A DNA stretch of 61,927 bases, the filler included. It is 6 parts of 6 records of this genome, joined end to end, with 100 filler letters (N's around TTAATTAATTAA, not from the genome) between each part and the next. Parts side by side here need not be neighbours in the genome. Positions count along the whole stretch, not along the records: positions 1 to 7,755 come from SRR20825010_1766; positions 7,856 to 20,636 come from SRR20825010_1767; 4 more parts are not named here. One strand, written 5' to 3'. A program made the position numbers and the translations under genes. Positions 1 through 9,968 of this stretch are shown piece after piece. The notes below the pieces were generated by a model that was not told where the DNA came from, did not search any database, and was given only the letters and a program-made list of their open reading frames with translations. Numbering within the stretch: the first letter of the stretch is position 1; each line of letters begins with the position of its first letter.

Positions 1-54
1 GTGCAGACCCAAAGTTGCGAGCGGCGAAAGGTGCTGCTCCGTTTGGGTGCGCCA

Positions 55-83
55 CTATTAAAGGGAAGCCTTGCCAAAGGCAA
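55..83 (-). promoter_or_regulatory. Possible sigma70-type promoter pointing out of the window
   Basis: Minus strand TTGCCT (83-78), 17 nt, TAATAG (60-55), then GC-rich GGCGCACCC; the target gene is not in the window. Confidence 0.3.
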
Positions 84-118
84 TACCCCTTTCATGCTGT
101 TTTTGATCTTCTTCCGAG

Positions 119-1156
119 TTAATATTTATCGCGGTAAGCGATTGTTTCACCAAGCGTTTCGGCCTCATACACACCGCGGGCGACGGCGCGGGCGACGCAG
201 TCTGCGGCAATCGCGCCCAATTGGAGAATGGCGCGCGGTCGCATTTCCTGCCCCAGAGCGTGTTTGCCGGTCGCCAATACGAACAGCACATCCCCGTCAA
301 ACGGGGTGTGAATGGGCCGGATCGCGCGGGCCAACCCGTCCTGCGCCATAATGGCGACGCGGCGGGCCTCTGCCGGTGTCAGATCGGCATTGCAGGCAAT
401 GCAGCCGATGGTCGTATTGCCGCCTGCCGCAGCCGCTTCTTCGCCCTTGGTGCCGGTGAAGGGATCAAGCGCAGATACGCCACCAAACCCTGCGGGCAGC
501 CCGCGCCCGCCGAATTCCTTGTCCAGTTCATAGGGTGCCGCCCAGAAGCTCGCCTCGGCACCCGGCACAAGCACGCTGCCATAGGGATTGACCGCGATCA
601 GCGCACCGACCTGCAATCCGTCGTCGCGCAGAGCGGATGCTGATCCCAAGCCGCCCTTCACTGCTCCCGCCTTTGCTCCAAGGCCCGCACCCGCATTGCC
701 AAGCGCAAAATCCTGCGCAGCCGCTGCGGCCGCCGCACGACCAAATCCGTTATAGGGCGGCTCCTCGCCCCAAGATTTGTCACCGCCATTGGTCAGGTCG
801 AAGAGAATGGCCGAGGGTACAACAGGCGCCACAATGCTTGCGGTTCCCATGCCATAGCCCCGCCCACGCGCACCAAGCCAAGAGGTCACGCCGGATGCTG
901 CATCAAGCCCGTAGACGGAGCCGCCAGACAGGACAATCGCATCGACCGCATCCACCAGACATGTCGCGTCCAGTGCATCGGTTTCACGCGTGCCCGGTGC
1001 GCCGCCGCGCACATCAACTGCCGCAATCGCACGCTCGTCAGGCAAAATAACGGTGCTGCCGGAGCGCAATTCCAAATTGCCGGCATTGCCCACACGGATT
1101 CCATCCACATCTGTAATGAGATTGCGTGGCCCTTTGCGAATGGTGCCGATGTTCAT
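119..1156 (-). CDS. P1/S58 (DmpA/NylC-like) peptidase
   Basis: NLITDVDGIRVG, DVRGGAPGTRETD, LSGGSVYGL, GNTT autocleavage-type site, HTPFDGD; start moved to ATG 1156 (MNIGTIR). Confidence 0.9.
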   Translation of the reverse strand: MNIGTIRKGPRNLITDVDGIRVGNAGNLELRSGSTVILPDERAIAAVDVRGGAPGTRETDALDATCLVDAVDAIVLSGGSVYGLDAASGVTSWLGARGRGYGMGTASIVAPVVPSAILFDLTNGGDKSWGEEPPYNGFGRAAAAAAAQDFALGNAGAGLGAKAGAVKGGLGSASALRDDGLQVGALIAVNPYGSVLVPGAEASFWAAPYELDKEFGGRGLPAGFGGVSALDPFTGTKGEEAAAAGGNTTIGCIACNADLTPAEARRVAIMAQDGLARAIRPIHTPFDGDVLFVLATGKHALGQEMRPRAILQLGAIAADCVARAVARGVYEAETLGETIAYRDKY

Positions 1157-1262
1157 AAGCTGTATCCTGACATGACGGTTATGTGCCGGAACGGATTTTG
1201 GTCTGAACCATACATTGCGACATGCTGGAGACAAGACCGCTGATCAGAGAAGAGGAACACCC

Positions 1263-2999
1263 ATGGCATCCCTCATGACCCCCAGACGCCTTTTGCCGCT
1301 CATCGCTGTCGGGGTGACTGTTCTCGTCGCCGCCTGGTGGTATTCGCTCAACCGCGAGGCCGCGCGCCCCTATATGGTGGCCGCCGCAAACCCTTATGCG
1401 GCGGATGCCGGTGCCGAAATTCTCGCCAAAGGGGGCAGCGCGGTCGACGCGGCCATCGCCGTGCAGGCGGTGCTGACATTGGTGGAACCGGAATCATCTG
1501 GTCTTGCAGGTGGGGCCTTCATGTTGCACTGGGCACCTGACGCGCAAAAGCTCGATGCCTATGACGGGCGCGAGACCGCGCCGGCAGGTGCCACGCCTGA
1601 CATGTTCATGCAGGATGCCGCAACGCCTATGGGGTTTATCCCTGCGGTGCTGAGCGGTCGCTCTGTGGGCACGCCCGGCGCTGTGGGCCTGCTGGCGCTT
1701 GCACACAAGGAACATGGTAAGCTGCCATGGGCAAGCCTGTTTGAACGCGCCATCGCGCTTTCGGAAAACGGTTTTGAAGTCTCGCCGAAACTTGCCGCCG
1801 CCATTGCGCGCGATCCCGCGCTTTCACAAATGCCGCAGTCGCAGGACTATTTCTTCACCAAAGATGCAGACGGCACCCGCGTGCCTGTGACCGCTGGCAG
1901 CATCCTGAAAAACCCCGCCCTTGCTGAGACCATGAAGATCATCGCGGCCAAAGGCACAGACGGTTTTTACAAAGGCGAAGTCGCCCAGAAAATTGTCGAT
2001 GCCGTGCAGGATGCACCGGCACGTCCGGGCACACTCAGTATGGACGACATGGCCGGATATGAGGCCAAGCACCGCGACGCAATTTGCGCGCCCTATCGTG
2101 TCTATAAAGTCTGCGCCATGCCGCCGCCCACATCAGGCGGCATCGTCACATTGCAAACCCTCGGCATACTCAGCCATTTCGATATGGGCGATATTGAGCC
2201 AATGTCTTTGACGGCTGTCCATTTCATCGCGGAAGCAGAAAAGCTTGCTTATGCGGATCGCGGGAAATTTTTAGGCGATCCCGATTTTGTCCATGTACCC
2301 GTTGCCGCCCTGCTCGATGCGGATTATCTGAAATCCCGCTCGCGCCTGATCGATCCGAGCTTCTCCATGAAAAGGGCCGAACCCGGCACACTTAACGACA
2401 AGAAGGCCGATGCGCAGGGTCTCAATGTGTCCATCGCATTTCCCTCCACCAGCCATTTTGCCATTGTCGATGCGGCGGGCAATGTCGTCTCGATGACCAC
2501 ATCGGTCGAAGCGCCTTTCGGCAGCCATTTAATGGCAGGTGGCATGATCCTCAATAATCAGCTGACGGACTTCTCTTTCGCGCCTGAAGAAGACGGTAAG
2601 CCGGTGGCCAATGCGGTGACGGCGGGCAAGCGCCCCATGTCCGCGATGGATCCGGTTATCGTCTTTGACAATGAAGGCAAGTTCTATGCGGCGCTTGGAT
2701 CACCTGGCGGAAGTCGTATTCCCGGTTATGTGACCCAAGCGCTTGTCGCCGTGCTGGACTGGAAGATGGATATGCAAAGCGCTTTTGACCAGCCCCGTTT
2801 TCTGGACCGCAACGGCCCGCTACAGATCGAGCAGGGCACGAGCCTTGAAGCCCTCATGCCCGATCTCATTCAGCTCGGCCATGAGGTCAAACCTGAAAAA
2901 GTAATCAGCGGGTTGCACGGCATCCGCTTGACACCTCAGGGTCTCGACGGTGGCGCCGATCCGCGGCGCGAGGGCAAAGTAGTCGGCGGCTCGCTCTAG
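1263..2999 (+). CDS. ggt: Gamma-glutamyltransferase, exported
   Basis: GGSAVDAAIA, EPESSGLAGG, YDGRETAP, STSHF nucleophile Thr, LNNQLTDFS, GSPGGSRI, GGADPRR; hydrophobic N-terminus; GAGG upstream of ATG 1263. Confidence 0.93.
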   Translation: MASLMTPRRLLPLIAVGVTVLVAAWWYSLNREAARPYMVAAANPYAADAGAEILAKGGSAVDAAIAVQAVLTLVEPESSGLAGGAFMLHWAPDAQKLDAYDGRETAPAGATPDMFMQDAATPMGFIPAVLSGRSVGTPGAVGLLALAHKEHGKLPWASLFERAIALSENGFEVSPKLAAAIARDPALSQMPQSQDYFFTKDADGTRVPVTAGSILKNPALAETMKIIAAKGTDGFYKGEVAQKIVDAVQDAPARPGTLSMDDMAGYEAKHRDAICAPYRVYKVCAMPPPTSGGIVTLQTLGILSHFDMGDIEPMSLTAVHFIAEAEKLAYADRGKFLGDPDFVHVPVAALLDADYLKSRSRLIDPSFSMKRAEPGTLNDKKADAQGLNVSIAFPSTSHFAIVDAAGNVVSMTTSVEAPFGSHLMAGGMILNNQLTDFSFAPEEDGKPVANAVTAGKRPMSAMDPVIVFDNEGKFYAALGSPGGSRIPGYVTQALVAVLDWKMDMQSAFDQPRFLDRNGPLQIEQGTSLEALMPDLIQLGHEVKPEKVISGLHGIRLTPQGLDGGADPRREGKVVGGSL

Positions 3000-3025
3000 C
3001 CTATCCGGCCACAGAGCAGTTTTTC

Positions 3026-4444
3026 TCAGCCAAATATCCGCAAGAACCGTACCAGTGCCCTTGTGCGGGCACTGAACAATGTCGGCGTATAGTATGAGCC
3101 TGCCACACGTTTTGAAATTTCAGACAATGTGGGATAGGGCGCGACAATGCCTGCCATGGCGCTCAGCCGGATGCCACGCGATTTTGCCAGCACCCAGGGC
3201 AGGATCAACTCGCCGGCTTCCGGCCCGACAATCGTGCAGCCAAGAATGCGGCTATGCATATCAGTGATAATCTTGATATGGCCATCCGTCTGGCGCGTCG
3301 CTTGCGCGCGGTCATTCTCGGCAAGCTGCCAGCGTAATACGTTGATCTTTTTATAATGGGCGCGCGCCTGTTCTTCTGTCTCACCGACATGAGCGATTTC
3401 AGGATCGGTATAAGTCACCCATGGAATATTCGCGTAGTCGGCTTTGGCGGGCACGCGGAACAATGCGCTGCGAATGACAAGACCGGCGTGATAGCCCGCC
3501 ACATGCGTGAACTGCAATGCGCCTGCCACATCGCCGATGGCATAAACACGACGGTTCGACACACTGCGCAAACCATCGTCCACGGTGACGCCGCGCGGTG
3601 TGAATTTCACATTCGCCGCTTCCAGCCCCATATTTTCGACATTGGCCTGCCGTCCGGCGGCAATGAGCAGATGCGAGCCCTCGATTTCGCGCCCGTCTTC
3701 CAGTGTGACCGTGATCGCACCTTCCTTACCGGAGACTGACGCAGTGCGCGTGCGCTCGAGTATTTCGACGCCTTCGCGCGCCAATTGATCAAGCACAATG
3801 CGGGTCAGTTCAGGATCGTCTTTGGCCAATGCATCAGCCGCATCGATCACAGTGACGCGTGCACCGAGACGACGATGTGCTTGCGCCATTTCCATACCAA
3901 TGGGACCGCCACCGATAATGATGAGATGGTCAGGACAGACCGTCAGATCGAACAGATTTTCATTGGTGAGGTAAGGCACGGTGTCGAGGCCGGGAATGGG
4001 CGGTGCAGAGGCCCGCGATCCTGTCGCCACAACAAAGCGTCGGGCGCGGATTTCTGTATTGCCGACCGTCAGCGTTTTGCGATCCTTGAAGCGACCCTCG
4101 CCCTGCAACACGGTCACGCCCAGCCCTTCAAAGCGCGCCACACTGTCATTGGGTGCAATCGCCGCGATCACGCCGCGCACATGGGCGTTCACTTTGGCGA
4201 AATCGATAACAGGCGTTGCAGGCGCAATGCCGAAGCGTTCGCCATCCACCATGTCATAGGCATGTTTGGCCGCTGCGATTAGCGCCTTGGATGGCACGCA
4301 ACCTGTGTTGAGGCAATCACCACCCATTTCGCCGCGCTCAACGAGCACCGTACGCGCCCCCAGTTGCGCGGCACCCGATGCCACCGAGAGGCCACCCGAA
4401 CCTGCGCCAATGACACAGATGTCTGCCTTGATTTTCTTGACCAT
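3026..4444 (-). CDS. Pyridine nucleotide-disulfide oxidoreductase (MerA/Lpd-like)
   Basis: GAGSGG FAD motif, GGDCLNTGCVPSK redox disulfide, GGGPIG NAD motif, C-terminal YPTLSE. Confidence 0.9.
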   Translation of the reverse strand: MVKKIKADICVIGAGSGGLSVASGAAQLGARTVLVERGEMGGDCLNTGCVPSKALIAAAKHAYDMVDGERFGIAPATPVIDFAKVNAHVRGVIAAIAPNDSVARFEGLGVTVLQGEGRFKDRKTLTVGNTEIRARRFVVATGSRASAPPIPGLDTVPYLTNENLFDLTVCPDHLIIIGGGPIGMEMAQAHRRLGARVTVIDAADALAKDDPELTRIVLDQLAREGVEILERTRTASVSGKEGAITVTLEDGREIEGSHLLIAAGRQANVENMGLEAANVKFTPRGVTVDDGLRSVSNRRVYAIGDVAGALQFTHVAGYHAGLVIRSALFRVPAKADYANIPWVTYTDPEIAHVGETEEQARAHYKKINVLRWQLAENDRAQATRQTDGHIKIITDMHSRILGCTIVGPEAGELILPWVLAKSRGIRLSAMAGIVAPYPTLSEISKRVAGSYYTPTLFSARTRALVRFLRIFG

Positions 4445-4481
4445 GATTTATCCGTCGGAAGGTCTGGAGGAATTCTGGACT

Positions 4482-5219
4482 TCAGCGCGAAGCACGGAAG
4501 CGGCGGTAAAGAACAGGCACCAGCGAGAGAACCGCCAGCGCCAATAGCGGGCCGATCACCTGCGGCTGGCGGATCAGCCCGAGATCGGGTGTGCCGCCTG
4601 CATCGAAAATCGCACCCAGACCATTACCGATACTTGCAAAGACAAATGTGCCCGGAATGATGCCGAGAAAAGTCGCGGCGAAGAATGTGGAAAGCGAAAC
4701 GCCCAGAAAGGCCGGTGCCAGATTGACCAGCACGAAGGGAAAGGCTGGCACCAGTCGCAGGAACAGGAGGTAGCTGAACGCATTCTCGCGAAAGCCCGCT
4801 TCCATCCGCCCAATGGCAGAGCCCGCTTTGGCCCGCAGCAAATCGGCAAAGGCAGACCGCGCCGCCAGAAAGAGGATGGTCGCGCCGATAGTGGCTGCAA
4901 AAACAGTGGCAAGGCCACCGACCACCGTGCCGAACAGAAAACCGCCCGTCAGTGTGGCAATCAGCGCGCCCGGCAGCGAGAAGGCAACAATCAGGATATA
5001 GGCGGCGATGAAGATCAGAATCGACTGCCAATAATGGGCTGCGACCCATTGGCTCAGGCTGGCGCGGTTATCGCGCAGCGTGTCCAGCGTGGCATAGCGC
5101 TGGAGATCGAGCGCAAAAAAGGCAATTAACCCCGCCAGCAGGACAGCGAGAGGCCAAAAACGCGCGATAAAGCTCTTGCGGGGCCCTTCCGGCAGGGTTT
5201 CCCGTGTTGTTTCATCCAT
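4482..5219 (-). CDS. TVP38/TMEM64 (DedA/VTT domain) membrane protein
   Basis: Several hydrophobic segments, SLPGALIATLTGGFLFG, LFLRLVPAFPF, GIIPGT. Confidence 0.9.
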   Translation of the reverse strand: MDETTRETLPEGPRKSFIARFWPLAVLLAGLIAFFALDLQRYATLDTLRDNRASLSQWVAAHYWQSILIFIAAYILIVAFSLPGALIATLTGGFLFGTVVGGLATVFAATIGATILFLAARSAFADLLRAKAGSAIGRMEAGFRENAFSYLLFLRLVPAFPFVLVNLAPAFLGVSLSTFFAATFLGIIPGTFVFASIGNGLGAIFDAGGTPDLGLIRQPQVIGPLLALAVLSLVPVLYRRFRASR

Positions 5220-5489
5220 GCCTTTAAGTCCCCATCGCGCAGTTATGAATAGAAGTTTTGACTACACACTTGCCTGTATGCCGGATTCGTTCACAGGTCG
5301 CGAAAGGTTACTAGAACAAAAAATGAACACTTCGCAAGCTTGGCCATAATCCCGTTTCCGCAACGCAGCTTACGCGAAAATCCCGCCGAAACATCGACCC
5401 TAATTGTTCAGGCCGGTGGCATAATGGGATCAAGGGCAATATGTCGGCCAGATTCCTGCACTTCTTACATGCTCCCTGCTCTTGGCGCA

Positions 5490-5519
5490 TTGACTTGTTG
5501 GCGTTTTATCGACTATACA
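5490..5519 (+). promoter_or_regulatory. Putative sigma70 promoter of rpmH-rnpA-yidC
   Basis: TTGACT, 18 nt, TATACA, then GC-rich CCCCGCC, about 110 nt upstream of rpmH. Confidence 0.55.
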
Positions 5520-5628
5520 CCCCGCCAGACAGCCGTCAGGCCACCGCCCGACGGCTATTGTATTCTTAGGTCTTGAGAGCCGCGCCCATGAGGGTCGCCG
5601 TTCGGGCCTATTCTGCGGAGACAGAGAC

Positions 5629-5763
5629 GTGAAACGGACCTATCAACCGAGCAAGATCGTCCGCAAGCATCGCCACGGCTTTCGTGCGCGCATGGCAACT
5701 GTCGGTGGCCGCAGGGTTATCGCCAATCGTCGTGCCCGTGGCCGTAAGAAGCTTTCGGCCTGA
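5629..5763 (+). CDS. rpmH: 50S ribosomal protein L34 (not in ORF track, 44 aa)
   Basis: Translated by hand from [51 protein letters not shown] upstream; precedes rnpA. Confidence 0.97.
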   Translation: MKRTYQPSKIVRKHRHGFRARMATVGGRRVIANRRARGRKKLSA

Positions 5764-5883
5764 TTTTTAGGGCAACCCCTGTGTTGCCGTTACAAAGCGA
5801 CAGGACAAAAGTAATCCGGCAACGGTTTGCCTCAGTCCTCTTTCTTTGTAATAGACCTGCCCCTTGAAACCGGGACTGGCCAA

Positions 5884-6294
5884 ATGACCCGGCGCCCCGA
5901 CCTTCAAAACAACGATCGCAAATGCGCCGAGCTGCAAAGGCTGCGTAAGCGCGCCGAATTTCTTGCCGCGGCCCGCGCGGACAAGGCGGCATTGGGCGGT
6001 CTAGTCCTTCAGGCCAGATCTCGTGATGACGAAGACCCTGCCCGCGCAGGCTTCACTGTGACCCGCAAGGTGGGTAACGCCGTCATCCGCAATCGCGCCC
6101 GACGCAGGCTCAAAGAAGCCGCACGTGAAATCCTTCCCCTTCTTGGAAAAGCCGGTTACGACTACGTTCTTGTCGGACGGCAATCGACGCTGACACGGGC
6201 CTGGCCCGATCTTCTCGACGATCTGCGCGTCGCACTCGCCAAGGTTCATCGCCAAGCCACTCCGCGCCCCGCGCCGGGGACAAGAAAGACTTAG
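5884..6294 (+). CDS. rnpA: Ribonuclease P protein component
   Basis: RLRKRAEF, RAGFTVTRKVGNAVIRNRARRRLKE (RNR motif); start uncertain, ATG 5884 chosen. Confidence 0.95.
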   Translation: MTRRPDLQNNDRKCAELQRLRKRAEFLAAARADKAALGGLVLQARSRDDEDPARAGFTVTRKVGNAVIRNRARRRLKEAAREILPLLGKAGYDYVLVGRQSTLTRAWPDLLDDLRVALAKVHRQATPRPAPGTRKT

Positions 6295-6297
6295 TTC

Positions 6298-7755
6298 ATG
6301 GGTGACAATCGTAATTTCCTGATCGCAATTCTGCTATCCATCGGCATTTTCGTCGGCTGGCAGCATTTTGTGGTGAACCCGCGCATGGAAGCGGAGAAAG
6401 CCCGTCAGGACGCTATTGCCGCCCAGACGGCCGCCGCCAATGGCCAGAGCGTGGATGCACAGGCCGGTGCCACAAGCGCGAACGGCACACGGCTTCCCGA
6501 TGTCTCCGGCATCGGCAATGCCAAGATTGTTCCCACCGTCATCAATCGCGGCGCCGCACTCAATGCCAGCCCGCGCATCACCATCGCATCCGGCGAGCTT
6601 GACGGCTCCATCGCGCTCAAAGGTGCACGCTTTGACGATCTGAGCCTGCGCAATTACCGCGAGACAGTGGACAAGACCAGCCCCGAGGTCACGCTGCTCT
6701 CGCCCAGCGGCACCGATAAGCCCTATTTCAGCGAGCTGGGCTTCATCGCAGCGCCGGGCAGCAATGTGAAGCTGCCGGATGCAAACAGCGTCTGGAGCCT
6801 TGCAAGCGGCGACAAGCTGACACCTGAGACGCCTGTCACGCTGAGCTTCGACAATGGCCAGGGCCTTGTCTTCCTGCGCACGATCTCGCTGGACGAGCAT
6901 TTCCTCTTCACCATTGTCGATACCGTCAAGAACACGACCGGCAATGCCGTCACCCTCTATCCCTATGGCCTGATCTCGCGCACCGGCCAGCCTGAAAGCC
7001 AGGCCTTCTATATCTTGCACGAAGGTTTTATCGGCGAGTTCAAGGAATATGGCGAAGAGACCATCAAATATGCGACCGCCATCAAGGATGCCGCCCCCGT
7101 CAGCATCACGGATACAGAAGGCTGGCTCGGCATTACTGACAAATACTGGGCAACTACACTTGTCCCGCAGGCTGGCCAGAAATTCGTAGGCCGTTTTTCT
7201 GCCACACCTGCACCCAATGGCGATGTGCATCACGAACATTTCCAGGCTGATTACCGCTATGACGCGATGACAGTTTCCGCCGGTTCCGAGCTTACGCTAA
7301 CCAATCACCTCTTTGCCGGTGCGAAAGTCTCCAAGGTCATCGACAGCTATCGCGATCAGGGCATCTTTCGCTTCAACCTGCTGATCGATTGGGGCTACTT
7401 CTGGTTCCTGACACAGCCTGTCTTCAAAGCCATCGACCTGATTGCGCATGCCACAGGCAATTTCGGCATCGCCATTCTCATCATCACGGTCCTGATCAAG
7501 ATGGCATTCTTCCCGCTTGCAAACCGGTCCTATGAATCGATGAGCAAGATGAAGAAGCTGCAACCGCGCATGGAAGAACTGCGCGAGCGACATAAAGAAG
7601 ACAAGATGGCCCAGCAACAGGCCATTATGGCGCTCTACAAGGAAGAGAAGGTCAATCCGATTGCCGGTTGCCTGCCCATCCTGATCCAGATCCCCGTCTT
7701 CTTCGCGCTCTATAAAGTGCTCTTTGTCACCATCGAAATGCGCCATGCGCCATTC
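6298..7755 (+). CDS. yidC: Membrane protein insertase YidC (3' truncated by contig end)
   Basis: GWLGITDKYW, IDWGYFWF, GNFGIAIL, SMSKMKKLQP, NPIAGCLPILIQIPVFFALY. Confidence 0.97.
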
Positions 7756-7855
7756 NNNNNNNNNNNNNNNNNNNNNNNNNNNNNNNNNNNNNNNNNNNNT
7801 TAATTAATTAANNNNNNNNNNNNNNNNNNNNNNNNNNNNNNNNNNNNNNNNNNNN
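7756..7855. other. Artificial contig spacer
   Basis: 44 N + TTAATTAATTAA (stops in all six frames) + 44 N; base composition shifts across it. Confidence 0.98.
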
Positions 7856-8093
7856 CATCCTAATTGCTATCCAGCCCTCGTTATTGCCATAACTGCAGAA
7901 ATAATTCATTCCTACCAAACAGTTTCCTCCTTTACAGGTTATCTATTTGGGAATCAAAAAGCACTCTTAGAACAACCTAAAAATATTCAGAATCATCTCT
8001 TTTAGGAGGTTGTCGTCAAATCTGGTTTTCTAAAATAATGGGCTTATTTCAAAAACCAACCGTAAACGGAACACTTTAACTTTTGCTGCTATT

Positions 8094-8921
8094 ATGGAAA
8101 AAATTCAAATACCGACTGTATCATTTTTAAGGATTCTATTTTACCCGTTTTTAACATTTTCACCATTCAATAAATTAAAACCCAGCTTTATTCAAAAATT
8201 TAAAATAAGCCTGATTGGCTTTTTTCTCAGTGTTTTATCAATAAGTGCTATTGCTCAAAACAAGGAAACCACTCGCTTTATTGATTTGAAGAACCCTCCT
8301 CAAAGCACGGTCGTTTGGAAATCTCCCAATTCTCTTTGGAGGGTGTGGGACTCTCAGAAATACCTCTTTGTTGATGCGTCCGGTAAAGTAGTACACGATA
8401 TGGGGGCTTACAAATACGTCAGTGATTTCGCAGGTGGGTATGCGGTAGTTGAAAAGAAAAATGGAAAATTTGGGGTTATTGATTTGTATGGTCGTTTTGT
8501 GATTGATACGGTTTGGTCTCAGGCAAGGAATATAATGGCTGGGCATTTTGCCGTCGCTAAGGCATCTCCCAGGAGTGTAATCGAAGACCGAGGGCAAGGC
8601 TTAAAACACTACCCGCTTAATGAATGGTATCTTATTAACGAACGCAACGGAATAATTGACCTTTCATTCAGAGAAATCACACAGATTAACCATGTGGCGA
8701 TTTGTAGGCATGATTCTGGTAAAGATCTCACAATCAACCTGAACCGGGTTAATTTTGGCTATTACCATCCGCTTATGAAAGCCATTGAGAAAATAAACGG
8801 GAATGATGTAAAAATAGAAATTGATGAAAAAGAGGCCGTAATCAACTTTTATGATACCACTACCAGTCAGCTAAATTTCTCTTTGCCCTTCAATCCGACC
8901 AATCGTACATCCAAGTCTTAA
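8094..8921 (+). CDS. WG-repeat-containing exported protein
   Basis: YVSDFAGGYAVVEKKNGKFGVIDLYGRFVI resembles a WG/KWG repeat; signal-like SLIGFFLSVLSISAIAQ; true start uncertain. Confidence 0.6.
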   Translation: MEKIQIPTVSFLRILFYPFLTFSPFNKLKPSFIQKFKISLIGFFLSVLSISAIAQNKETTRFIDLKNPPQSTVVWKSPNSLWRVWDSQKYLFVDASGKVVHDMGAYKYVSDFAGGYAVVEKKNGKFGVIDLYGRFVIDTVWSQARNIMAGHFAVAKASPRSVIEDRGQGLKHYPLNEWYLINERNGIIDLSFREITQINHVAICRHDSGKDLTINLNRVNFGYYHPLMKAIEKINGNDVKIEIDEKEAVINFYDTTTSQLNFSLPFNPTNRTSKS

Positions 8922-9002
8922 GCGTTGACGAACGCATCGGTTCGAAATTCAAAAAAACAGATTCATTAAGTCGAATCTGAGATGATTTAATTTCTTTCTT
9001 AC

Positions 9003-9038
9003 AAAAGAAAAAACCCGAAGTAGCATAGCCTTCGGGTT
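9003..9038 (-). terminator. Intrinsic terminator
   Basis: AACCCGAAG/CTTCGGGTT stem followed on the minus strand by a U-rich tract, downstream of the 9063-9956 gene. Confidence 0.75.
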
Positions 9039-9062
9039 ACAGGTTATTCGGTGAAATTCTTT

Positions 9063-9956
9063 TTACTTGTTATCAGCGACCACAGCATCATAATCTGCAA
9101 ACGTATCGTCCATTCCCTTTTTAATCATCTCCATCACATTCGCCCTGTATTTCGCCTTATCGGCGATGTAATTCCAGTCGTTGGAGCTGGTGCCTAAAAA
9201 TTCGAACCCGTCTTTATCCAATTCGGTATAAAAGTCCTCAAGACCCTCCGGATTGTTATTGGCAGTATAGCTAACAAACTTTGTCTTTTCCATTACCAAC
9301 ACACTTAACCCGTTCGAGACCTTTAACTGAGGCTTTGTTGTGACTGAGGCCGTGCTTCCCAGTTTGGCTGTCTTGAATTCAATAAAATTGACCGTAGAAG
9401 TGAAGGTGGTATAGAAGTAATTGCTCTTGTAGTCAGGTACAATATGTGGCTGATTCCCCGTCACTGCCATCGGCCCACTACCAGAAAACGCAATATTGGT
9501 ACCTTCCGGCCAGGCCATCATATTGTGGTTCTTCTTTTCTCTATTATCCCAGGTTCCTCCACTTGCAATCTTTGCTGTTCCCTTCTTCTTAGCCTTACTG
9601 TATTTTTTTGTGGCTTCAATTTCCTGAACCGTAGGCGAATAGACCTCCACCCCTCTTTTTTTCCATTGTTCCTTAAAGTAGGCGTATGCTTCATTGACCA
9701 TCTCCTGTGCCAAAGGCTCATCTATTTCCGTCAAATGTGCCCGGATTCCTACCTGAGCGCCACCGCCACCCTGGTCTTCTGCAAACCCATACAATATCAG
9801 GTTAAGGCTGAAATTGTTGAGCATCATCCGATCCGTTTCTAAAGCAATTATACTGTTCTTACCGGTCAGCGTATTTTTAGTTTTCCCAACCTCTACTTGA
9901 GCAAAAATCGGGTAGGCCAGCAGTGCCAGCGCTAATGCAATCAGCAATCGTTTCAT
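9063..9956 (-). CDS. Hypothetical secreted protein, 297 aa
   Basis: Long ORF in AT-rich DNA; signal peptide MKRLLIALALALLAYPIFA|Q. Confidence 0.85.
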   Translation of the reverse strand: MKRLLIALALALLAYPIFAQVEVGKTKNTLTGKNSIIALETDRMMLNNFSLNLILYGFAEDQGGGGAQVGIRAHLTEIDEPLAQEMVNEAYAYFKEQWKKRGVEVYSPTVQEIEATKKYSKAKKKGTAKIASGGTWDNREKKNHNMMAWPEGTNIAFSGSGPMAVTGNQPHIVPDYKSNYFYTTFTSTVNFIEFKTAKLGSTASVTTKPQLKVSNGLSVLVMEKTKFVSYTANNNPEGLEDFYTELDKDGFEFLGTSSNDWNYIADKAKYRANVMEMIKKGMDDTFADYDAVVADNK

Positions 9957-9968
9957 GGTTTTTTGGTT

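Noticed and set aside
3026..4444. Mercury resistance (merA), possibly linked to the MerR at 42982
   Set aside because: No C-terminal Cys pair and no merTP, and the MerR gene is on a different contig.
7800..7811. TTAATTAATTAA repeated five times, as a biological repeat or CtrA-like site
   Set aside because: Always centred in identical N padding; it is an assembly linker with stops in all frames.
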